Positions 19,118-29,253 of a DNA stretch of 64,000 bases are shown one piece after another. A program made the translations under genes and the position numbers. The first letter of the stretch is position 1. Each line of letters starts with the position of its first letter. The stretch comes from an uncultured Acidobacteriaceae bacterium (GTDB lineage: Bacteria; Acidobacteriota; Terriglobia; Terriglobales; Acidobacteriaceae), in contig CAVUYH010000012.1 in NCBI GenBank assembly GCA_963745685.1, positions 82,808 through 146,807 on the forward strand, written 5' to 3'. The notes beneath the pieces are model-generated. The model saw nothing but the letters and a program-made list of their open reading frames with translations, made no database searches and had not been told where the DNA came from.

Positions 19118-21292
19118 ATGAAGAAAATCCATTCATTCTGGACGAGGACTGTCTTGTCGCAAATTTCAACGCTGGTTACCGCGGGCGCCGTTGCACTTTC
19201 ATCGGGCGTTTCAGGCGCGCAGAATGCGCCGGCTGCATTTGGCCCATCGAATCCGTTCTATGCGCCCAGCACGCTTCCATTTCATGCACCGCCCTTCGAC
19301 AAAATCAAGGACGCGGACTATCAGCCTGCAATTGAGGCTGGGATTGCGCAGAGCATCGCTGAGAATGAGGCAATCGCGAACGATCCTGCTGCCCCGACAT
19401 TTGAGAACACGTTCGTGGCGATGGAGAAGAGCGGACGGCTGATCGATCGTGTGATGTCCGCCTTCAACGGCGTTACCGGCGCGGATATGAATCCCGTGCT
19501 GCAAAAGACGCAGGACGAAGTTGCGCCGAAGCTTGCTGCCATGCAAGATGCGATTCTGCTGAATCCGAAATTGTTTGCGCGCGTTGAGAAGATCTACAAC
19601 GAGCGGCATTCGCTCAAGCTGGACCCGGAAGCGCTGCGGCTGGTGGAGTACGACTATCAACAGTTTGTGCGCGCCGGTGCGCGGCTTTCCGATGCGGACA
19701 AGGCCGAGCTGAAAAAGCTGAATGAAGAGGAAGCGAACCTGAGCACGGCATTTATTTCCAAGTTGCTGGCTGCTGCCAAGGCCGGTGCGTATGTGACCGC
19801 TGACAAGAGCGCGCTTGCCGGCCTGAGCGATGCGCAACTTGCCGCAGCCGCGGATGCTGCGAAGGAGCGCAAGGTTGAGGGCTACGTAATTCCGCTGCAG
19901 AACACGACGCAGCAGCCTGACTTGCAAGAGCTCACCCATCGCGACACGCGCAAGGCGCTGTTTGAGGACGGATGGACGCGCGCGGAGCGCGGCGATGCCA
20001 ACGACACGCGGGCCACGATTGCGCGGCTGGCGCAGTTGCGGGCGCAGAAGGCGAAGCTGCTCGGCTATCCAAACTATGCGGCCTGGAAATTGACGAACCA
20101 GATGGCCAAGACGCCCCAGGCGGCGCTCAAGTTTATGGATGCGCTGGTGCCGGCTTCAACGTCGAAAGCTGAAGGCGAAGGCAAAGATATTCAGGCTCTG
20201 ATCGATAAACAAAACGGCGGGTTCAAGCTCGAGCCGTGGGACTGGAACTTCTACGCCGAGCAGGTGCGCAAGGCCAAGTACGATCTTGATGAATCGCAGA
20301 TTAAGCCCTACTTCGAATTGAACAACGTGCTGCACAACGGCGTGTTCTATGCCGCGACGCAGCTATACGGCATCACGTTCGAGCAACGCTCCGATATCCC
20401 TGTCTACAACCCCGACGTGCAGGTGTACGAGGTGTTCGACGCGGACGGCAAGCCGCTGGCGCTTTGGTATTGCGACTACTTCAAGCGCGACAGCAAGAAT
20501 GGCGGCGCGTGGATGGATTCGTTCGTGGGCCAGTCGAAGCTGCTGGGCACGCTGCCGGTGGTGTACAACGTAGCCAACTTTACCAAGCCCGCGGCGGGTG
20601 AGCCGGCGCTGCTGAGCTACTCCGATGTGACGACCATGTTCCACGAGTTCGGTCATGCGCTGCACGGCATGTTTGCGAACACTACCTATCCAAGCCTGTC
20701 GGGCACGGCGGTGCCGCGCGATTTTGTCGAGTTTCCATCGCAGTTCAATGAGCACTGGGCGCTGAATCCGAAGGTGTTTGCGAACTACGCCAAGCATTAC
20801 AAGACGGGCGAGCCCATGCCGGCGGAACTGGTGGCGAAGATCAAGAAGTCGCAGACGTTTAACCAGGGCTACATGCTGACGGAACTGCTGGCGGCTGCGC
20901 AGCTCGACATGCAGTGGCATACGCTGGGGGCCGATGCTCCTTTGCAGGATCCGGACAAGTTTGAAAAGGCGGCGCTCGAAAAAGTGCACATGGCGCTCAG
21001 TACGGTGCCTCCGCGTTACCGGTCCAGCTACTTCATGCACATCTGGGGCAATGGGTACGGAGCGGGATACTACGCGTACCTGTGGTGCGAGATGCTGGAC
21101 GACGACGCTTATCAATGGTTTGAGGATAACGGCGGCCTGACACGCGCCAACGGTGATCGGCTGCGCAAGATGATTCTGTCGATCGGCAACACTGAGGATC
21201 TCGAAAAGGCCTACGTCGCGTGGAGAGGACGGGAGCCTGATACGAAGCCGATGCTGAATGAGCGTGGGCTTGTGTCGCACACATCTAAATAA
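19118..21292 (+). CDS. dcp: M3 family peptidyl-dipeptidase
   Basis: KNGGAWM, TMFHEFGHALH (HEXXH), DFVEFPSQ and GYGAGYYAYLW motifs; ATG at 19118 after GGAG. Confidence 0.92.
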   Translation: MKKIHSFWTRTVLSQISTLVTAGAVALSSGVSGAQNAPAAFGPSNPFYAPSTLPFHAPPFDKIKDADYQPAIEAGIAQSIAENEAIANDPAAPTFENTFVAMEKSGRLIDRVMSAFNGVTGADMNPVLQKTQDEVAPKLAAMQDAILLNPKLFARVEKIYNERHSLKLDPEALRLVEYDYQQFVRAGARLSDADKAELKKLNEEEANLSTAFISKLLAAAKAGAYVTADKSALAGLSDAQLAAAADAAKERKVEGYVIPLQNTTQQPDLQELTHRDTRKALFEDGWTRAERGDANDTRATIARLAQLRAQKAKLLGYPNYAAWKLTNQMAKTPQAALKFMDALVPASTSKAEGEGKDIQALIDKQNGGFKLEPWDWNFYAEQVRKAKYDLDESQIKPYFELNNVLHNGVFYAATQLYGITFEQRSDIPVYNPDVQVYEVFDADGKPLALWYCDYFKRDSKNGGAWMDSFVGQSKLLGTLPVVYNVANFTKPAAGEPALLSYSDVTTMFHEFGHALHGMFANTTYPSLSGTAVPRDFVEFPSQFNEHWALNPKVFANYAKHYKTGEPMPAELVAKIKKSQTFNQGYMLTELLAAAQLDMQWHTLGADAPLQDPDKFEKAALEKVHMALSTVPPRYRSSYFMHIWGNGYGAGYYAYLWCEMLDDDAYQWFEDNGGLTRANGDRLRKMILSIGNTEDLEKAYVAWRGREPDTKPMLNERGLVSHTSK

Positions 21293-21356
21293 ATTTCGCA
21301 CCGCGGGGGCAGCGCAATCCGCTGCTCTCGCGACTCGTAAGGATAGGACTGTAATC

Positions 21357-21680
21357 ATGCTAAATATGGAGATAACTGCCGCGGACGCCGCGGCGCTTCT
21401 GAAAGAAAAAGGCGCAAAGCTGGTGGATGTGCGCGAGCCATGGGAGTTTGCAAAGACCAGCATCGAGGGCAGCCTGTTGATGCCGATGGGAGAAGTGCCA
21501 GGGCGCGCCAATGCGGAACTTGATCCCGAGGAGCGGCTGCTGGTGCTGTGCCATCACGGTGTGCGCTCAATGAACGTGACCGTGTGGATGCGCAACCAGG
21601 GCTTTGAGCAGGCGCAATCGGTCCGCGGCGGCATTGATGCGTGGTCGCGCGAAGTGGATCCTCACCTGCCGCGTTACTAG
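21357..21680 (+). CDS. Single-domain rhodanese
   Basis: LVDVREPWE, CHHGVRS and GGIDAWS motifs. Confidence 0.9.
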   Translation: MLNMEITAADAAALLKEKGAKLVDVREPWEFAKTSIEGSLLMPMGEVPGRANAELDPEERLLVLCHHGVRSMNVTVWMRNQGFEQAQSVRGGIDAWSREVDPHLPRY

Positions 21681-22465
21681 TGCCCCAATCCAAAGCACCA
21701 CGCGAATTGGATCAGCCCATTGTCGATGCCGGGGTTCATCGTCGCAGTGTTATCGCTCGAAATGTGATGGTAGCGGTATTCGATGCGCATGGATCTTGTC
21801 TTCGAGCGATGAAGTTCGATGCCGGTGCCGATGTCGAACGTGAAGTTGAATGAGCCGGCGCCTGTGATCGGAATTGGCTGGGTGGAATACATGTATCCAC
21901 CGTGGCCATCGACGAACGGCTGTATTTTGCGCTTGGGGAATAGACTCGACCGAAAACCGACGGGAGAAAGGGCCTCGCCCGCCGTCCAGCGGCGTCCGCA
22001 GGTTGCGACAATCGTTTCTGTTCCGGTGCCAGGCACGGTGATTGTTTCAGAAAATGGTTGGCAGGCGCGGAATGTGGGCTCAGTGAATGTGTGGTCAAAC
22101 GTTGCTGGCGGGTTTGTGGAATCAATTGTGTAGTGAATGATTTGAAGCGGATCGCTTTCAAGGGCAACGGGCGCGAACTCGGCGCTATATTGCAAGTTCA
22201 CGATCCGACTGATGAACAGCTGACGTTCGTAGGAGACTCCAATATGCAGGAGCCGGCGGTCACTTGCGTCGCCAAGCAGAATGTGGCTGGAGTTTGGCGA
22301 GTATGCGCCGAAGACTCCCAGGGTGTTTCGTCGTGCGTAGTAGGAAGAATCAGAACGGGCCTGGGCTTGGATGGGAACCGTGCAGATGGTTAATTCCGCT
22401 GGAAGAGCTACCAAGACAAATAAACAATAAACAAGTTGAATGAATGAATATTTATTTCTAAGCAT
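21677..22465 (-). CDS. Outer-membrane beta-barrel, acyloxyacyl hydrolase/PagL-like
   Basis: Alternating beta pattern, FNFTFDIGTGIE and IEYRYHHISS...NPGID (PagL-type H-x-S); start uncertain. Confidence 0.7.
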   Translation of the reverse strand: MLRNKYSFIQLVYCLFVLVALPAELTICTVPIQAQARSDSSYYARRNTLGVFGAYSPNSSHILLGDASDRRLLHIGVSYERQLFISRIVNLQYSAEFAPVALESDPLQIIHYTIDSTNPPATFDHTFTEPTFRACQPFSETITVPGTGTETIVATCGRRWTAGEALSPVGFRSSLFPKRKIQPFVDGHGGYMYSTQPIPITGAGSFNFTFDIGTGIELHRSKTRSMRIEYRYHHISSDNTATMNPGIDNGLIQFAWCFGLGH

Positions 22466-22555
22466 TTTATGGAGATCTTCCTTTCCTTCCGGCGGGCCGT
22501 CGGGTAAGCCTATACTCTTGTTTTGAATGTGAATTCATTGTAAGGGAGCTACCAT

Positions 22556-23926
22556 ATGTCTTCTACGGCGGTTGATTTTGCACGCCAGAATTACCCTCGT
22601 TTTCTTGAGGAGCTGAAGTCGCTGTTGCGCATTCCTTCCATATCTACTTTGCCGGAACACGCGGGTGATTGCCGCAAGGCCGCTGAAACACTGGCCGTCG
22701 AGCTGAAGCGCATCGGCATGGAAAACGTTCGCCTGATCGAAACCAGCGGGCATCCGCTGGTGTACGCGGACTGGCTGCATGCCGCAGGCAAGCCAACGGT
22801 GCTGGTGTATGGCCACTACGATGTGCAGCCCCCCGATCCGCTGGACGAGTGGCTTTCACCGCCGTTTGAGCCGACGATTCGCGACGGCAATATCTACGCG
22901 CGCGGCGCAGTCGACGACAAGGGCCAGGTGGTGGCGCAGGTAAAGGCGCTGGAGTCGCTGATGGCCACCGGCGGCAAGCTGCCCCTGAATGTGCGCGTGC
23001 TGCTGGAAGGCGAAGAGGAAGTGGGCGGAGAGGGAATTGCGAAGTTTGTTGCTTCAAAGCCGCCGGAACTGAAGGCCGATTTCGCGCTGGTGTCCGACAC
23101 CGAGCTGTTTGCGCCGGGGCTTCCGACGCTATGCGTGGGGCTGCGCGGCATGATCTACACCGAGCTTGAAGTAAAGAGCTCGCGCACCGATCTGCACTCC
23201 GGCATGTATGGTGGCGCGGCGCCCAACGCGTTTGTTTCGCTGGTACACATTCTGGCCAAGCTCAAGGACGAGAACGGCCACATTCTCATTCCCGGCTTTT
23301 ATGACGATGTGATTCCGCCCAGCGCGGAGGAACTGTCCGCGTGGAAGAGCCTGCCTTTCGACGAAGAGAAGTATCGCGCGGACGAAGTCGGCTCAAAGCA
23401 GCTTGTGGGCGAAGCGGGCTACAGCGTGATGGAGCGGACGTGGGCGCGGCCCACGGTTGACGTACACGGCATTCCAGGCGGCTTTACCGGCGCAGGTGCG
23501 AAGACCGTAATCCCCGCCAAGGCGACGGCCAAAGTGTCGATGCGCCTGGTTCCGGGCATGACGCCGGCAAAGGCTTTTGCCTTGTACAAGAGTTACGTTG
23601 AAAAGATTGCACCGAAAGAAGTGGACGTGGATGTGCGGCTGATTCACTCCGGCGATCCGTGCCTGATTTCGGTGAACAACAAATACATTCAGGCGGCGAC
23701 GCGCGCGCTGCACGAGGTATGGGGCAAGGACACGGTGTTCATCCGCTCGGGCGGATCGATTCCGATTGTCGGCGACTTTGACCGTCATCTCGGATTGCCG
23801 AGCGTGATGATGGGCTTCGGCCTGCCGGACGATAACCTGCATGCACCCAACGAGAAATTCCACCTCAAGAACTTCGAACTGGGCATCGTATCGCTGATCC
23901 GGTTCATGGAGGAGGCGGGCGCCTGA
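22556..23926 (+). CDS. M20/M25/M40 family dipeptidase
   Basis: YGHYDVQP, ARGAVDDKG, EGEEEVG, DLHSG and DNLHAPNE motifs. Confidence 0.93.
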   Translation: MSSTAVDFARQNYPRFLEELKSLLRIPSISTLPEHAGDCRKAAETLAVELKRIGMENVRLIETSGHPLVYADWLHAAGKPTVLVYGHYDVQPPDPLDEWLSPPFEPTIRDGNIYARGAVDDKGQVVAQVKALESLMATGGKLPLNVRVLLEGEEEVGGEGIAKFVASKPPELKADFALVSDTELFAPGLPTLCVGLRGMIYTELEVKSSRTDLHSGMYGGAAPNAFVSLVHILAKLKDENGHILIPGFYDDVIPPSAEELSAWKSLPFDEEKYRADEVGSKQLVGEAGYSVMERTWARPTVDVHGIPGGFTGAGAKTVIPAKATAKVSMRLVPGMTPAKAFALYKSYVEKIAPKEVDVDVRLIHSGDPCLISVNNKYIQAATRALHEVWGKDTVFIRSGGSIPIVGDFDRHLGLPSVMMGFGLPDDNLHAPNEKFHLKNFELGIVSLIRFMEEAGA

Positions 23927-23949
23927 GGCCGAATTCCGAAGCGGACGCA

Positions 23950-24588
23950 GTGGGGATCGTTCTCGCAGGAGGACGGTCTACCCGCATGGGTATGGACAAA
24001 GCCACAGTCGAATTTGACGGGCGCCCGCTGATTGCTCACGCGCTGGGGATTCTGCAGGAGGCTGGCCTTCCGGTATGGATTGCCGGGGCTCGTCCAGATC
24101 TCCGGAACCTGGCTCCGACTATTGACGATTTTGGTTCTTCTCTGGGGCCGCTTGGGGGTATTTGCGGTGCTCTGCAGGTTACTTCAGTATCCACGGCTGT
24201 TTTTGTGCCTGTCGACCTGCCGCTGCTCCCGTCCGCACTGATCAGGATCATGCAGGATATTGCGCACGTTACCGGTCACGCGGTGGTGGTTCCCTCGGTA
24301 AACGGGTTTGTGCAGACGTTCCCTGCGGTGTTAAGCCGTGCGGTGCTCCCTTTCTTCCAGGCAGAACTCGAAGCGGGGCGCGGCGGGTGTTTTTCGGCAT
24401 TCCACGCGGCTGCAAAAGCGCTCGGTCAACAGGTGCTTGTTGTCCGCACAGAGTTGCTCGTGCAAGCGGGACAGTTGCAGCATCCCGACGGATCGCCGGC
24501 AGTGCGATGGTTCTTCAACATCAATTCCGTCACGGATCTGCAGCGGGCACAGGCATTCAGGCGCGGTAAAGTTGCTCAGCGGGCGTAG
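23950..24588 (+). CDS. mobA: Molybdenum cofactor guanylyltransferase
   Basis: IVLAGGRSTRMGMDKA, GPLGGI, VPVDLP and FFNINS motifs; the true start may be CTG at 23923. Confidence 0.88.
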   Translation: MGIVLAGGRSTRMGMDKATVEFDGRPLIAHALGILQEAGLPVWIAGARPDLRNLAPTIDDFGSSLGPLGGICGALQVTSVSTAVFVPVDLPLLPSALIRIMQDIAHVTGHAVVVPSVNGFVQTFPAVLSRAVLPFFQAELEAGRGGCFSAFHAAAKALGQQVLVVRTELLVQAGQLQHPDGSPAVRWFFNINSVTDLQRAQAFRRGKVAQRA

Positions 24589-24630
24589 GGCCCCAACTGC
24601 GAGCTTTTCGCGTAAGCTGGGGTTATTGTC

Positions 24631-25479
24631 ATGAGCGACACGCCGCCCAACCCGGGACCCGAGGACGCGCTGCCGAAAGAACTGGCGGCCCCGATTGAAA
24701 ACTCGACAGCGGTGGATCACGGGCCCATTATCACATTCAGTCACGTCAACATGTCATTCGGCGGGCGTCCGATTCTTGAGGACATAAGCTTTACGGTCCA
24801 GAGAGGGCATACCTTATGCATCCTGGGCCGCAGCGGCGTGGGCAAGTCAGTAACGCTGCGCCTGCTGATGGGTTTCCTTAAGCCGGACTCCGGTTCGATC
24901 CGCATGGAGAATCAGGAGATCACTGAACTGGATGAAGATGGCATGCGCGAGATTCGCAAGCGCGTAACAATGGTTTTCCAGAACGGCGCGCTGTTCGACT
25001 CATTGAGTGTCCGCGAAAACGTGGCTTTCCCGCTACGCGAGCGCGGCGGACTGGCTGAGGATCAAATTGACCAGATCGTGAACAGACTGATTGAAATGGT
25101 GGGCGCGGACGACGTTGCGGTGAATCTGCCTGCGAGCCTTTCAACCGGGCGCAAGCGCGCCGTGGCGATTGCGCGCGCGCTGGCTGCTCAGCCTGACGTG
25201 GTTCTATACGACGAGCCGACCACGATGGTCGATCCTCTGATCGCCAAGCGACTGGGAAATCTGATTCAGCGTTTGAAAAAGCAGCTCGGGTTTACGAGCA
25301 TTGTCGTTACGCATGACATGCGTTTCGCGGAGCGGCTGGCGGACACAGTATTGTTCCTTCACCAGGGTCGCGCAGCATACTTTGGGCCACTCGCGGGATT
25401 CATTACTTCGGGGGATACAAACATTCAACAGTTTCTAACTTTGGACGCCTACGAGTTACCTTTGTCACCTGGGGATTGA
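24631..25479 (+). CDS. ABC transporter ATP-binding protein (MlaF/Mkl-like)
   Basis: GRSGVGKS, VFQNGALFDSL, LSTGRKRAV, YDEPT and VTHDM motifs. Confidence 0.88.
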   Translation: MSDTPPNPGPEDALPKELAAPIENSTAVDHGPIITFSHVNMSFGGRPILEDISFTVQRGHTLCILGRSGVGKSVTLRLLMGFLKPDSGSIRMENQEITELDEDGMREIRKRVTMVFQNGALFDSLSVRENVAFPLRERGGLAEDQIDQIVNRLIEMVGADDVAVNLPASLSTGRKRAVAIARALAAQPDVVLYDEPTTMVDPLIAKRLGNLIQRLKKQLGFTSIVVTHDMRFAERLADTVLFLHQGRAAYFGPLAGFITSGDTNIQQFLTLDAYELPLSPGD

Positions 25480-25963
25480 ACTTCAGGTAACTTAAGTTGT
25501 AGATACGGGGTATTGCGATACTGAGCCGGTAGGCGGATTCTATTGATAAGTAATAATCTCACTTGCGTTGGCGTTGCAGAGCGTGGGAAGCACCTTTGCA
25601 CGTGTGACAGGTTTGCATGCTTTCCTTGTTAGCATGAGGGTATCGCTTGTTAATTTCCGCACTCCGCTGATTCCTCTGCAATGAGCGCGGATTGTTCCGT
25701 TCGCATTAATCCTCAGAACGTTTAACCCTGACTGTCGCACTCGTATTCAATTGACACCTGCGCCAAGGCGCAGACCTGGAAGACCGGGTCTGCAGAAGTA
25801 GAAAGCTGGAGTGTATCTGAGGGTTTTTATGTTGTAGCAAATAGCACAAAGACGACCACTTCAGAGTAATCTGCACTACTTTTGTTGCATTGCAATTTTG
25901 CAGCAGGGTATCGCACCCTGATTCAGCCCTAGCTCTTTGAACCCTTGAGGTCTGCGTAAGCAA

Positions 25964-27478
25964 ATGGCAACATCACAATTCTGGCAAAGGCTTTCTGCCT
26001 CGGTCTCTTCCCTTGAACGGGAAGCGCCCCTGTCGGCAGAATCCTCGCGCCCCACACGCGGAACCGCAAAATTCTGGATGGCTTTCGACTTCATAACGAT
26101 TGTTGTGTCGGCGGCTGCCGCCACAATGTTCGAGTTGAAGATAGGGTTGGTCGATATCGCGGAGCGGTTCTGGGGTGGCACGCTGTTCTGGCATGACCCG
26201 ATGTGGAACCTGCTGGTGCTGCTGGCTGTTTTCACCGTCTCGTTGATTCTGACGAGCAAGCGTCTGCACCTGTACACGCCTGAACGAATTTCAAACACAT
26301 TGAATGAGCAGCGGATGAGCCTGCAGGCCTGCTTTACCGCCGGCCTGGTGCTTACCGGGACACTTTACCTGGACAGGGCGGTGGATGTTCCCCGCACCGT
26401 GGTGCTCCTCACAGTTGGATTGGTTACAGCTTCGCTGTGCGTACGCCGGCTGCTTTATCGAGGAATGCTTTATAACCGCTATGACCGCGGCGTGGGCACG
26501 CGCAACGTGGTGATTGTGGGCACCGGGCCGGAGGCGCATGCACTCCGCCATCACCTGGAGAGCATCCGGCATCTCGGTTACACCTTCAAGGGCTTTGTCG
26601 AAATGCCCGGTTCCGGTTCGGCGAACACGAACAGGACACTGGAAACCATTGGCAACTACGACATGCTGTTTCAGCAAGCCCGGGCGCTGTTTGTGGATGA
26701 GATCTTCTTTACGTCGCCCTGCGAGCACGGCCTGATGCAGAATACTCTGGAGCTTGCGCGGATGCAGGGCGTTGATGTTCGTATTATTCCGGACATGTAT
26801 GACGGGCTGGCATGGAACAGTCCAATTGAATACATTGGACAGTTTCCAACCATTCCTTTGCATCGCGGGCATGTGCCGGAACTTGGGCTCATCTTCAAGC
26901 GCGGCTTTGATGTTGTGTTCTCTGTCTTATTTCTGCTGGTGTTCTCTCCTTTGCTTCTTATCATTGCCATCGCCGTAAAAATGGATTCGGCGGGGCCGGC
27001 GCTGTACCGGTCAGAACGGATCGGCAAGAAGGGGCGCGCGTTTCGCTGCATCAAGTTCCGGACCATGGTGCGGGACGCAGACAAGCGCCGCGCCGAGGTG
27101 GCGCATATGAACGAGCGCGATGGCGTGCTGTTCAAAATCTCGAACGATCCGCGGATCACCAAACTGGGTCACTTTCTGCGCAAATATTCGCTGGATGAGC
27201 TGCCGCAGTTCTTCAACGTGCTGAAGGGTGACATGAGTATAGTGGGGCCGCGGCCGCCAATCGCCAGCGAAGTAAAGGAATACAAGCTGAGCCATCTTCG
27301 CAGGCTCGATGTAACGCCGGGGATCACGGGGCTCTGGCAGGTGCAGGGACGCCAGGATCCTTCGTTCGCCAGCTATGTTTCGATGGACGTGAATTACATT
27401 GACAACTGGAGCATCTGGCTCGATTTCAAAATCATCATCCGCACTATCGGCGTGGTCTTTTCCGGGACGGGCTCGTAA
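25964..27478 (+). CDS. Polyprenyl-phosphate sugar phosphotransferase (WcaJ/WbaP family)
   Basis: N-terminal TM segments; KRGFDV, KFRTM, DPRITKLGHFLRKYSLDELPQF, VGPRP and PGITGLWQV motifs. Confidence 0.92.
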   Translation: MATSQFWQRLSASVSSLEREAPLSAESSRPTRGTAKFWMAFDFITIVVSAAAATMFELKIGLVDIAERFWGGTLFWHDPMWNLLVLLAVFTVSLILTSKRLHLYTPERISNTLNEQRMSLQACFTAGLVLTGTLYLDRAVDVPRTVVLLTVGLVTASLCVRRLLYRGMLYNRYDRGVGTRNVVIVGTGPEAHALRHHLESIRHLGYTFKGFVEMPGSGSANTNRTLETIGNYDMLFQQARALFVDEIFFTSPCEHGLMQNTLELARMQGVDVRIIPDMYDGLAWNSPIEYIGQFPTIPLHRGHVPELGLIFKRGFDVVFSVLFLLVFSPLLLIIAIAVKMDSAGPALYRSERIGKKGRAFRCIKFRTMVRDADKRRAEVAHMNERDGVLFKISNDPRITKLGHFLRKYSLDELPQFFNVLKGDMSIVGPRPPIASEVKEYKLSHLRRLDVTPGITGLWQVQGRQDPSFASYVSMDVNYIDNWSIWLDFKIIIRTIGVVFSGTGS

Positions 27479-27502
27479 GTCTTTTCGCGGAGGAAGGACA
27501 AG

Positions 27503-27535
27503 AAGGCCGCCTCATCCGCCGGGGCGGCTTTTTGT
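27503..27535 (+). terminator. Rho-independent terminator
   Basis: AAGGCCGCCTC/GGGGCGGCTTT stem with a T-tail. Confidence 0.7.
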
Positions 27536-27556
27536 GTCGCGCTGTAGACTAAGAGT

Positions 27557-29200
27557 GTGAAGATCGCGATTGCCCAGATCGATCCGACGGTCGGGGACTT
27601 TACCGGAAATGTTGAGAAGATTGTCGCCGCAAGCCGGCGTGCGGCCGATCTTGGCGCGCGTCTTACGGTGTTTTCAGAGCTGGCCATCTGCGGCTATCCG
27701 CCTGCCGACTTTCTTGAGAAACCAAGCTTCCTGGCGCGCTGTCGAAGCGCAGTGGATGAGCTGGCCGCAGCCACCAGCGGATTGAAGACCGCGGTGCTGG
27801 CAGGCGTGGCATTGCCCGCCGTGGGCGACAGCGGTAAGCCGGCGGTGAATGCGGCGGTATTGCTTGATGGTGGAAATCTGCTCCTGGAGCAGCATAAACG
27901 CCTGCTGCCGTTCTACGACGTGTTTGACGAGCAGCGCTACTTTGATGCGGCACGTTCGCAACAAGTGGTTGAGCTTGATGACACGCGGCTGGCGGTGACG
28001 ATCTGCGAGGACGCCTGGAACGACAAGAACTTCTGGCCGCGGCGTCTTTACGCTGTCGATCCGATGGAAGAACTGATGCGGCAGCATCCCGACGTGCATA
28101 TCAATTTGTCGTCGTCGCCGTTCTGGCACGGCAAGCGCGCGATGCGGCGCAGGATGCTGGCGGCGATTGCGAAGCGCGACAGCGTGCCGGTTCTGATGTC
28201 GAACCAGGTGGGCGGCAACGACAGTCTGATCTTCGACGGATCGTCGTTCGCTTTGAATGCGCGTGGAGAACTGATTGCGCAATGCGCGTCTTTCAACGAA
28301 GACCTGGTGGTGCTCGATCCGTTTGAAACACAGCCTATCGACGCACCTGAGGATGACGATACCGAGGCTGCCTATCGTGCTCTCGTACTGGGCACACGCG
28401 ACTATGTGCGCAAGTGCGGCTTCAAGAAAGTGCTGGTAGGGCTGAGCGGTGGAATCGATTCGGCGCTGGTGGCGGCTATTGCGACTGAAGCGTTGGGACC
28501 GGAAAACGTAATGTGCATCGGCATGCCCAGCCCGTATTCTTCCAGCGGGTCGATTGATGACAGCCGGCAACTGGCTGCGAACCTGGGCATCCGCTTCGAG
28601 GTGATCGGGATCAGCGATTTGTTCGCTGGGTTTACGCACGCGCTGGCGCCGCTGTTCGAAGGCGCCAAGCCCGACACCACGGAAGAAAACATCCAGCCGA
28701 GAATTCGCGGTACGCTGCTGATGGCTCTCTCAAACAAGTTCTCTGCGCTGGTGCTCACCACGGGGAACAAGTCTGAGATGGCGGTAGGGTATTGCACGCT
28801 CTACGGCGACATGGTGGGCGCGCTAGCGGTGATCGGCGACCTGGTGAAGACGCGCGTTTATGCGGTCTGCCGCTGGCTTAACCGCGAGCGGGAAGTGATT
28901 CCGTGGCCGATCCTGGAAAAGCCGCCCTCTGCGGAACTGTGCCCTGGGCAGAAGGATACCGATTCGCTGCCTCCCTACGATGTGCTTGACCCGATTGTGG
29001 AGGCTTACGTGGAGCGGTACGAAACGCCCGAGCGGATTGCCGAAGCAAACGGATACCCGCTAGCGCTCGTCCAACAGGTGGTGCGGTTGGTGGAGCGGTC
29101 AGAGTACAAACGCCAGCAGGCCGCGCCGGTTCTGAAGGTTACGCCCAAGTCGTTTGGGATGGGACGCCGGTTCCCCATCGCAGTCAAAGTGCAGGTATAA
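27557..29200 (+). CDS. nadE: Glutamine-dependent NAD+ synthetase
   Basis: Nitrilase domain (FSEL, HKRLLP, TICEDAW) plus GLSGGIDS, TGNKSE, GYCTLYGD and PSAEL motifs. Confidence 0.95.
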   Translation: MKIAIAQIDPTVGDFTGNVEKIVAASRRAADLGARLTVFSELAICGYPPADFLEKPSFLARCRSAVDELAAATSGLKTAVLAGVALPAVGDSGKPAVNAAVLLDGGNLLLEQHKRLLPFYDVFDEQRYFDAARSQQVVELDDTRLAVTICEDAWNDKNFWPRRLYAVDPMEELMRQHPDVHINLSSSPFWHGKRAMRRRMLAAIAKRDSVPVLMSNQVGGNDSLIFDGSSFALNARGELIAQCASFNEDLVVLDPFETQPIDAPEDDDTEAAYRALVLGTRDYVRKCGFKKVLVGLSGGIDSALVAAIATEALGPENVMCIGMPSPYSSSGSIDDSRQLAANLGIRFEVIGISDLFAGFTHALAPLFEGAKPDTTEENIQPRIRGTLLMALSNKFSALVLTTGNKSEMAVGYCTLYGDMVGALAVIGDLVKTRVYAVCRWLNREREVIPWPILEKPPSAELCPGQKDTDSLPPYDVLDPIVEAYVERYETPERIAEANGYPLALVQQVVRLVERSEYKRQQAAPVLKVTPKSFGMGRRFPIAVKVQV

Positions 29201-29253
29201 GCTAGAATTTAGATTGCCCCCGGGGAATTTGCCGCGAAATAAGGAGAAAACGC

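Noticed and set aside
18770-19132. Apparent head-to-head overlap of the long dcp and ABC-F ORFs
   Set aside because: Better starts at 19118 (+) and 19027 (-) remove the overlap and leave a normal divergent promoter region.
20363-21511. Long antisense ORFs (also 4107-5108, 27674-28639, 38082-39176, 57079-58092)
   Set aside because: They are shadows of well-conserved genes on the opposite strand, expected at high GC, with no motifs.
25584-25602. Sigma54 promoter upstream of the sugar transferase
   Set aside because: GG-N10-GC spacing is present but the -24 TGGCAC consensus is not.
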